Assembly (NCBI GenBank): GCA_030141605.1
Contig: JAQGDQ010000213.1
Coordinates: forward strand, 248,001-312,000
Length of the DNA stretch: 64,000 nt
Direction of reading: 5' to 3'
Origin: Tubiluchus corallicola
Lineage: Eukaryota; Animalia; Priapulida
Under the pieces are notes generated by a model, which saw only the letters and a program-made list of their open reading frames with translations, was not told the origin of the DNA and ran no database searches. The position numbers were made by a program, and so were the translations under genes. Numbering within the stretch: position 1 is the first letter of the stretch; each line of letters begins with the position of its first letter. Below are positions 54,563 to 64,000 of this stretch, piece after piece.

Positions 54563-57500
54563 ATGGAGGGTACAAGGAGTGAATTTGTAGAAAAGCAAGA
54601 TGTAGAAGAGAAAGAGGCTGTTTCAATGCCAGAATCTCCTGCAGAAAGTGGTGTTCTGTCAGTGGACAACAGTGACACACCTATCAAGATTGCTACTGAA
54701 GTCACCGACGATGATGTGGTGACAACAGTGACAACGACTGCTGTCGCTGATGGTGACATTACAATAGAAACACGTGAAGAGGATGGTTGTATTTATACAG
54801 TTGTGAGGACAGATGATGGGCAAGAAATTACTACTCATATGGATATTGTGCCTTTGGAAGAGACGCAAACACAGTGTGTGAGAGATGACGAGGAAGTACC
54901 ATCATCCATATCAGATGAGGCTGAGCCAGGTCCTTATGAGGATTTTACTACCTCAGCTAAAGACAATCAACAATCTGCTAACTGCCCTTTATCTGGGGAG
55001 AGTAATGAACTTCAACGTACAGTTGCTGAAGACCCTGTAGTACAAGAAGAGAAAAATGTAACTTCTAATAATGTTTTTGATGTACGGCAAATCCATGACA
55101 GTTCTGTACAGGACCTTGTGCCAGAAGATGAAGTTGGAGAACCTGATTTAACTTTTGCTGGCATATCAACTCCTATGCCACAAGCAGATGCATCCAGTGA
55201 AGTTGTTGAAGCTACTTCACCAGAGAACTGTGAATCTTGTGTACATAAAGACATTGTCGAAGCTCACGAAGTTATAAATGAGGTTATTGCACAAAGCACA
55301 GTGGCAGAAGTGTGTGCTCACAGTGAAGAACAACTAACCACTGAGGAAATGATACCCAACCAAGTTCCCTCAGATAAGGTTCCATCCAAAACTTGTGCTC
55401 CTTCTCATCCAGAAACTGAAAAGATGGAAGAACCAACGGGCACAACTGAAGCAGTCAGTTCAGCAGCTGTCACTGAAACTGTAACTGATTCTTCACCCCT
55501 ACCCAAAGTGGAATCGTCACTGCTGGAAGCCAGTTCTTCAGAAATCAAACATAATGAAACCCATATGTTTGAAGCTGTTTGTAAAACTGGGTCAGATCAT
55601 GACGACTTTAATGCAAAGAATGAGTCGAATAAGCCTGAATTAAATAGTAAAGCTGTTGCAGTCACTGAATCTTCTGTTGATAAACCTTCAGATGACATGG
55701 GACAAGAAGTGGTTTGCACAGATGTGGCACCTGCTCGAATTAAAGCTGAGTGGGCTAAAATGACTAAAGCACCACCACCACCTCTTGATTCAGACGAGGT
55801 AAGGCAAAGATGTTAATGTCGTCATTTTATTGGCACTGCTCTATATCAGCAGTCAGCTGCTAAATTTGCATGGCGAACACGCAGCTCATTATTTCATTAT
55901 TATTTATCATGTATTTAAAATATCTTGTAGTACCTGAATAGAAACTAGAAAGCCCTTTCTTAGCCTCAAGCAGATTTTTTTATTGTCAGGAACTTTTGCC
56001 CTAACGAGCCTCACCAGCTGAATATGTGACTATAATGAAAACTTTTGCTACGGATGATGTATTTATGTTGTTGATATTTAAGTTACAGTATGGCAAATTA
56101 TCGCTGTGGTATATTTTCGTAGAAAGTTCTTTTAGACGGTGCACAAATCTCTCTGGCGGCATTTAAATCTTAAAATTGTATTGCTATTATCAAATTTTAT
56201 ATCTTGCTTATTGACGTTTTTTTCTGCGTTAGGTTTATTCTGCCTCCCTCAGTCCTTGTCATTGGTTTATAGATCCAGCAGTGTCGCTTTACGTCTGAGC
56301 CTTTAAATCTGGCTTTTTTCGTCTGGCTTCTTAGCTGTAGAATTCTTTACTAGAAAATGTATTTTACAGTTAACTAAAATTTTCATATACATCAAGAATG
56401 CGTCAATAGATACCTTGTGTCATTAATTAATTGTAAGGACAAACATATTCTTGACCTATCTTCATATTTTTTATTTTTAACTATAACCCTTTACATTGGC
56501 CATTGCATTTCTTTTAGAAGTTTTGTATGAAAATTTTTTTGCTCTCTGCTCTGGTAACTTCCTTATATGTTTGTATTTCGCTGTTGTAACTAAACCTTGT
56601 TTATATGGGAAGTGAATATTCACTGACAAGCCTCTACGTTATTGGTAAATATTAAACAGCAAAAATGTTTGTGGTTCTCCCACAAACGGTAGAAAAGGGC
56701 GAAATACCATCAATGTTTGAGTCTTTTAATGTGTGATAACTTGAGTTGGAACAAATCGAGTGGCAAGCGGTTAGGTCGGCTGCAAAAACTGTTTTTTAAA
56801 TACATATGTATTTCTAGAATACGATAGTCTATAGTATTGTAAGGTACCGCGCACAGTGTAGTGTAACGCATCATACATCATACAGAAAAATGTTCAGCGT
56901 AACTTTATCTATTTATAGCAGAGAAGTGCCTGTACATGTATTGTATTTACTAACAGTCTTAAGCTGCCTCTGGTTTGTTGAAATAAGTGAGACAACCTAA
57001 TTACATATCACAACCCTTTGGCGTAGCAGACTGAGATTGTTTAACCTAACTGTTGAATCATGTATGGATGTGCAAAAAACTTTTTTACAGATTTAGCCCA
57101 TATCTCGGTTACTGTTTGCTTTTATATTTCTTATTTCCGCTGAAATATTAATCCGCAAATCGTATTTCGTAACTTGCATTATCACTTGGTTGTTAGAATA
57201 TTCGTATTGCGAGCTTTGGTCTTCGGATACTAGTTACTGGTCTATTGTCACATCCAACTCGCTTCAAATACGCACTGAAGTCGCGAGTGAAAGCTTCAGC
57301 AAGAAGTCATTAAGGCTAGCAAGCTTGCGCATAGGTTTCTGCAAAATGTAGATACAATTTTTGGAAGGTTCTGCGCAATGAAGTTAATGCTAAACTGGCT
57401 CGGTCAAACAAAACTGAGAATGCTAGTGGGGCTAAGGACATATATGAGTTCTGGAAAGAGCATCATAAAAACTTAGTTAATTCTTTAGATAACAAGGATC

Positions 57501-59510
57501 TTCCAAAAGTTTTAATGTTAAGCTTTACTAGAAAACTTGATACCAGCATAAACGATTTTACTCCTTGTGAAATTCAGCATGTAATTAAATGCAAGTTGAA
57601 ACAACATAAATCAGCTGGAGCTGATAGTGTGTCTGCTTTCAGTGTCACTTCGTTTATTGTTCCTCTGTTGTTAACACTTATCTCTCAATTTTATTCAGTT
57701 CAATCTCATCGGCATAGGTTTGCACCTGTGAAACTATGTGTTCTGTACTTGTACCTGTTGTCAAGAACAAAAATTTAACCATTACTGAATGTAATAATTA
57801 TAAACCTATGTAGTTTTAAGATCGGTTTTCAGTAAAAATCCCTAGACACGTTATTCTAATTTGATATTCTTGTCATCTTGAGTCTAGTGAGAACCAGTTT
57901 AGTTTTAAAACTAAACTTGGCACTGAGACTTGCGTATATGTACTTAACGAGTTGCTCATTTTTATATAAACAGGAATTCTCCCATAAATCTGCTTTTTAT
58001 CGATGCCTCAAAGGTATTTGACCATATCAACTTCTACAAAAATTCATAAGTGACACTGAACTGTCTAGCATCATTCTGAAATTCTTAACATACTTTTACT
58101 GTAATTTGCCCAGGGTAACTATTTGTCTGTAATTTTTTTTGTCCATATTGATCAAGGTGGGATTTTGTCAACACCATTTTTCAATTATTACTTTAAAAAT
58201 CTTATCGTTTCTCTGAACAACGCACAATGGGCTGTAGAATTAACCCGTGTATTCCTAATCATCTGATGTATGCTGTTATGTCTGGTTAATGACTAGTACA
58301 AATAGTTCTATGCAAAGTCTAATTGATATGAGACGTTATGAATGTTTTGCTTCTGAGTTTGTTATTAATCATTAACACCCACAAAACTAAATTGCTGACT
58401 ATTAAACCTTATACTGTAATATGAACAAAATTCCTAGTGGTCACAGTATGCACTATATAATGATTGTATGATCTAATCTGTCTCTGCAGAGAAATATCTG
58501 GGACGCATTATTCACATCACTGGCAGTAATAATAATAATATTAGAACACATAAATTATGTTAGCTGAAGTTAGAAGACAAAACTTTGATGTTCAGGATCT
58601 ATTGTACTAGTGTTTGTGGAGCGGCTTTGTGGAGAAAGGTCTTTGCATGTACTTTTAATGATATTTAAGTCACATATAACAAACGTATAAGGAAATTGTT
58701 TTCTCTTCCTTATCATTGCAGTGCAAAGGAAGTGACAGTGAATCTTGCTGTCTGTTAATTTTGATGTGTTGCTAAGGATATGTTCATTTTCTGTAAGATC
58801 GCAGCTTGAAACGAGCGATAACACCTATCTAAGATGCTTCAGGCGTTCTGATGATATCGCACCTGGTAAAGTTTACAGTAGATGGAAGGACAATTCTTGT
58901 ACTGTATATCACACCTCTATCAGGCCTATCTGTAGTACTTCATCTATGTACATAATTTTTTTAATTTATTAATTAGATAAACTCTCATTTATCTTTTATC
59001 ATTTTACTGTGTGAAACTAACTTTATAAAAGTTTTTCATGTCTAAAATAAAAGTGAAATTGATGGCGGTTTTTTAACCACTCTATTTTCCATAGAATCGT
59101 GTTTATTAGTCCTATAATTACCCACATAGCTATGTGATATGTCTGTTCTTCATTTTTTATTAGTTAGAATAGACGTGGAAGAAGGTGAAGAATTTAATTC
59201 AATAGAGCTTTGACAGCAAGACTTTATCGAGAGGTGCACGCAACAAATATTGACTGTAAATGAGATATGTAACCATGGTAAAGTAGAACCCTAGTGATTT
59301 AATCTGAGGCCATATGACAGACACCTTATTGTGTAAACATCTTGTAAACTTCTTTGTTTACAGATGAATAAAGAGAGGAAAGCCCCGCTTGCTCGTATCA
59401 TTGAACTGGAACAATACTACGAAGAGCTCAAACTTTTTGAAGAAGAATTAACAGCCAGAAAGAGCAAGAAAGATGATAAGAAGGACAAGAAAAAGAAGTC
59501 AAAATCTTAA
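54563..59510 (+). CDS. Acidic, low-complexity protein of unknown function (about 460 aa; exons 54563-55798 and 59364-59510); separate gene or alternative Lgl C-terminus
   Basis: 1.2-kb open frame rich in E/D/S/T/V; ATG in good context (GAAATGG). The phase-0 donor GAG|gtaagg at 55798 joins ttctttgtttacag|ATG at 59364 to give MNKERKAPLARIIELEQYYEELKLFEEELTARKSKKDDKKDKKKKSKS*. Confidence 0.72.
56697..56805 (-). repeat. 109-bp inverted repeat, right arm
   Basis: Reverse complement of 51060-51168, about 94% identity. Confidence 0.95.
57240..59060 (+). mobile_element. Decayed, 5'-truncated LINE reverse transcriptase (pseudogenised) within an intron
   Basis: RT motifs appear in order across frameshifts: KSAGADSV, NQFSFKTKLGTETCV, FIDASKVFDHINF, QGGILSTPFFNYY, NHLMYA (degenerate YADD), EKYLG. 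AATAAA-containing tail at about 59047. Confidence 0.88.
59164..59213 (+). CDS. lgl: Candidate distal terminal exon of Lgl (...ANGIRIDVEEGEEFNSIEL*)
   Basis: Acceptor cttcattttttattag|, phase 1 compatible with 50751; purine-rich acidic codons like the rest of the tail; possible donor G|gtaaag at 59277/59278. Confidence 0.4.
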
Positions 59511-61322
59511 AAAAATATTAGCTGTAACTATTTAATTATCTCTTTGTGATTGCTAATGAAAACATGTGAAAGTCACTCTGTATTGTGGACATTTCCATTG
59601 TATTTTGTGGCAATTATATATATTCTACCGTTAAATGTGAAACTAACACTTGGCAAAACCATTCATATAGTACTTTCATTTAGTTGTTCTTATATGTTGC
59701 GTCTTAAAATATCGGATTTGGTCAATAGCAAAATTAAAACTACCTGTGAATGGATGAAAAAAAGGCTTCGACATTTAGGGAAATGTTAAATATCTCAGTG
59801 CATGCTTAAACAATAAACAAGTCTATGACCAAAAAAATAGTTAAATATAGCAAATTCTAAAATTTTCTCGCTCAAAATGTTGGTCTCTTGACTGTGCATA
59901 TATTACTATGGCCATTATATTTTTCACTGGTTATGGTTTTGCTTGTAGTATAAAATACATATTGCCAAGTGTAAAATAATACACTAAGCTCTTTAGCACA
60001 TGTTTTTGTGCAATACTAGTATAATTTGAAAGCTTATAAAACTGAATTACCATGGCAACGCTTCTGTGTGTTTTGCTATTGATGTCTATGTGAACTTTAT
60101 GTAATGTTATTGACAAGAATCTTTCAATGCACAGTAATTCATTAGATATCTGTTGTATTTGCCTCTGTACTTAGTGTAATTCTTAGTTAAGTTATTTCTG
60201 ACATGCAGTTTTAAAACAGTTTGGAATTTGTAATTCAAAAGGGGTTTTGACATTTGTAGAGGTAAATATTCCGAATGCATATTTTTCACAAGCAATTTGT
60301 GCATATCTTCAGCTATTGTATAGTTTTACAAACATATTATAGTCATATATTGTTAGCCTTAAATTTTCGTAGCACACGTTTTTGAAATTTGTTCATCTTT
60401 TCTGTACAAAGCCATTTTGGTAACTTGGATCAGCCAGATGAGAAAATAAAATTCCTTGGTGAAAGTTCCATTAGCAAGATTATTTTCCATGATTTAATGG
60501 CCTTGTTTTGCTTGCAGCCAATAACAATTTAAAATGTTTTTTGTATTGTATTATATCATCTGAAGAGAATTTTGTTTTTGTAAAATGTTTATATATATAC
60601 ATATTATATATTTCAACCTTGAAGTGTTTAGTTACAGTTAACTTAGTCTAGAGTTTAGATTAGTTTGTACGGTTATAACTTTGTGTTTTGATGGATCATG
60701 TTCATATTTGCATTGTGTTAAACACTACAGCAGATTACAATGAATGTGCATTGTGGTCTGCAGCTGTGCACTGTCGTTATGCTTGATAACTTTGTCTGAT
60801 AGAATAATTAAAACTGCCATCGCAAATTCCATGTTTTTTCTTTCTTTAGTGTGTGTAAGTGGCAGTGGAAGGCCATACCTACAATTAAACTAAAACTGCC
60901 ATTGTAATTCTACGGTTTTCTCCAAGTGTGTGTAAATGGCAATGTGCAGCTGCTATGTCTCCATCAGCTCTCTAGTAACACGTTTTTCCAAGCTCACTCT
61001 TTTTTGCTATGGCTTTCCTTTATAATTAATGTAAGCATAATTATTATTGTGATTGTTGAAATACATGTGTTACAGATTGTAAGATACTATAAAGGTGGAG
61101 CCACATGTTTAACCTTAGTGTGTCAGAGATTGTAGCACACTCAGGTGCCACCTCGTATTTGATCTTTCATTTACATATACCTTTAAGTAGTTGTGGTAAT
61201 GCTGCCTTCATTTTGTATGGCTAACATATATTTCCAGTTCTCGTTCTGTGTTTAATGCATGCGAAAGTAAATGCAGACACCCGTAATACTGTTGTGACGT
61301 GATAATTACATAAATTAACTTA

Positions 61323-61821
61323 AATAAAATTTCTGATCTATTTGTAGATTTAATTCATATTTTTTGCGAGAAGTGAGATTGTAATAAATTTTTTATGTAC
61401 TTTTTGTTACAATATTTATGGTTCGTGCCAGTTCTATCCCAGGTGTTTGTGATTTTTTGAGAAAGCAATTATATAAACCAATAATGTAATACCCTTTTTA
61501 ACACGTGCACTTTTATGATTTTATAACACATTTTGTGACATGCCTTTGTTCGTGTTCATTGCCACCGTTATCAAGATACATTGAAATTTGTTTTTACTAC
61601 TATTATTCGTATAACTAGCATAATTTCTAATGTTCTATAATACATGTTTCAGTTAGTTGTAAAATTTCATTGCTTAACATTTGTTTAAATGCCAGTTTAG
61701 AACATTTATAGTGTCTATCAGTGTATAGTGCATCTGAATGGTAAAGCGTTAACTCTAGGAGGATCATGTCAAGCATTGCTGCTTGTATTAATTAATATCA
61801 TGGCAACTATTGGTAAATAAA
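61323..61821 (+). terminator. Candidate polyadenylation signals of the distal transcript
   Basis: AATAAA at 61323, 61383 and 61816 after about 2 kb of T-rich, UTR-like sequence. Confidence 0.35.
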
Positions 61822-62519
61822 ATGCACAACACAGTGATGGTTTGTAAATGTTTTTTTGTATATTTATATATATATATATATATATGATGTAAAATTTAAA
61901 AATTACCATCACCATCTAATTTATCACGTCACTAATCACATATGCTGTTGTACTTGAACCTTTGCCTTGAAAAGAAACTATTATTCAAAAGGATTGTGAA
62001 ATAGGGCTTAATAAATTAGGTTACTTTTGAACCCAAACAAGTAATATTATTTCCACTGTCAACTATGCATACAAAATCCAGTTTCGCAAAATATTTCCTA
62101 TAAAAAATTATTATCACTTGGAATCACTATTTCTCGTTTACATACAGAGCATTGTTATTTTAAAACATTAGAAAAATAATCTTTCACTGTACTGGCACAT
62201 CAATACTACACTGTATAAATACTGTATATTTAGAAAAACTATAATGTCCATGCATATGAAAAATATAAAAAACACTTGATAAAAACTACCATTTAAATAC
62301 ATGCATAATCAAAGGAATGTTTGATAATGAAAGATTTTATGAAGTCACAAAGTAAAACAGAAGCCATTTAGCTCTTATTTTTGCTATTACAGTACTAAAT
62401 ACTGTTGTTAACACACTAATTTTAATTAAAGTCAAAAAATCCATAATTATTTATAAATGATTGAATGAGCTCAGGTACTAGATTTTGAAACTAAGCTTGT
62501 CCAATATGGAAGAACATGT

Positions 62520-62592
62520 GGACTGATTCTGAATTTGAACCAGCAGTCTTAAGATTACAGTGCCAATAACTATGCCAATTACTCAACCCCAG
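62520..62592 (-). mobile_element. Degenerate tRNA-derived SINE / tRNA pseudogene
   Basis: Minus strand GGGGTTGAGTAATTGGCATAG...ACTGTAATC...GCTGGTTCAAATTCAG: A-box-like and B-box (GGTTCAAAT) spacing of a tRNA, but the stems are broken. Confidence 0.4.
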
Positions 62593-64000
62593 TGATTATA
62601 GGAGATTTAATTTGAACCAGGCTCACCCAGATTTTGGCACATTTCCGTCATTTTTGACAAGTTTGGCTTCAAAATTCAATGCAGTGGGCAAAGAGCATTG
62701 ATTCAACATCACAATAATGCTGTTGCCATTAACAAACATTAATAGACAATATTTTATGTTTATTCCAGACGATTTTAGTTAATTCTCAGAAAGCGTCAAA
62801 TTTAACAAAAACAAAAGTAATTGGGCAGCGTACAATGATTATTAAACCTGAATAAGGCTACAAAAACTCCCGAGTCTGACGTCAATAGTAGTGCAAAACT
62901 TTGCCGAAAATGACGGCTAATTAACAAAAGCCTTATAGACAGCGATTGTTAACAATAACATACATGTAAATAGGGAGTGGAGGTTTACGCTTTATTAACC
63001 ATGATAGACATTCCGAAGCCTCCGGGCGCATCCACCCAATAATGCACTCCAACCGCGATGGGTATACCATAAACCTCATTCATATAAGTCAGTCTGAGTT
63101 TCCCAAAGTGATAACTTGTCAGCCTTGACACAACAGTTAACAAAGCGCAATATTGTCATTAAATGAGGTAATTCAGTTTGCAAAATACAGTCATTTCGAT
63201 GTCAGACGTCCAATTCACAAACCGGCTTTAAAAACATTAGTTATCAACTTACAAACAAACTACAAGATTGATAAAAGTGGTACCTAAACTAGGCCTGAAT
63301 ACTAATAGAATTCAAATAAATAAGTTTCGTGTGCAACTGTATTTCTACAATTACTTCTAGCTTTTCATATAATAAACGATATTATTTTCGCAATAAATCT
63401 AACAATGTCGTTGCCTATATACATGTACGCTATTCAAACATGTATGTCATGGACCAAGGCGCCCATCAGGTTGATAGGAAGTGCACACCCGCCCATATTT
63501 AACAAACAAACATCTGTAGAACTCTGCTGTGTGTAGTGTGCATTATGACATGCAATAAACACTACACTTGGGTGTGAAGACACTCAACCAGCACGATAAG
63601 TTTAAGTACATGCAAGTATAAGCAGAGTTTAAGGAACTATATGAAAGTCTACCAGTCCAAAAGCAGCAATGTTGACAGCTCTTCGAAAGTTGCTCTAGAC
63701 CACATGTCATAAAAACATAATTAACTGATTCATAATAAATCAGGATGCTCTCTCCATCTGTGCACTAGACACCAATAAATTATTTATCATCATAAGACAA
63801 GAGGCATTCAAGTAGCAGCCTCAAAATAATATTCCAATCTAGCTGCACTCAGAAATTTAAAATGCATGAACCACTTTACTAACAGCCCCTGATTGGAGCA
63901 AATAATCATTATCCATAAAAAAACTTAAATGAAAAAAATTAAAGTAGCTACATTTCAAAGAGCACCTAAAACTAAATGTTTTACATAAGCCTGTAGATCT

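Noticed and set aside
10753-59510. Tomosyn/STXBP5 identity
   Set aside because: The N-terminus and the KSLRESFRR motif are Lgl-type. The helical peptide at 59364 is short and does not resemble an R-SNARE motif.
62520-62592. Functional tRNA gene (also considered at 26890-27000)
   Set aside because: A/B-box remnants are present, but the acceptor and anticodon stems do not pair; treated as SINE-derived.

Overview
This window is AT-rich, intron-rich animal (probably bilaterian invertebrate) genomic DNA, not prokaryotic sequence, so most of the short ORFs in the track are spurious. Reading splice sites by hand gives three coding loci. (1) Two tandem, divergent short pentraxin genes on +: the last exon of one at 163-586, and a complete 4-exon gene at 3213-5495. 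(2) A large lethal(2) giant larvae (Lgl/LLGL) gene on +, from ATG 10753 through 26 phase-consistent coding exons to 50751. It contains a U12-type minor intron, a probable GC-AG intron, three Glu/Lys-rich insertions and an altered aPKC/polybasic motif. (3) A complex 3' end with several frame-compatible terminal exons, including a 1.2-kb acidic exon (about 54563-55798) that splices in frame to 59364-59510. A 109-bp, about 94%-identical inverted-repeat pair (51060-51168 / 56697-56805) brackets the proximal terminal exon and the acidic exon; this is the most unusual architecture here. Introns and intergenic DNA hold decayed LINE, hAT, Ginger/KRBA2-like, SINE and MITE remnants and microsatellites. 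All gene models are inferred from sequence alone, with no transcript evidence.
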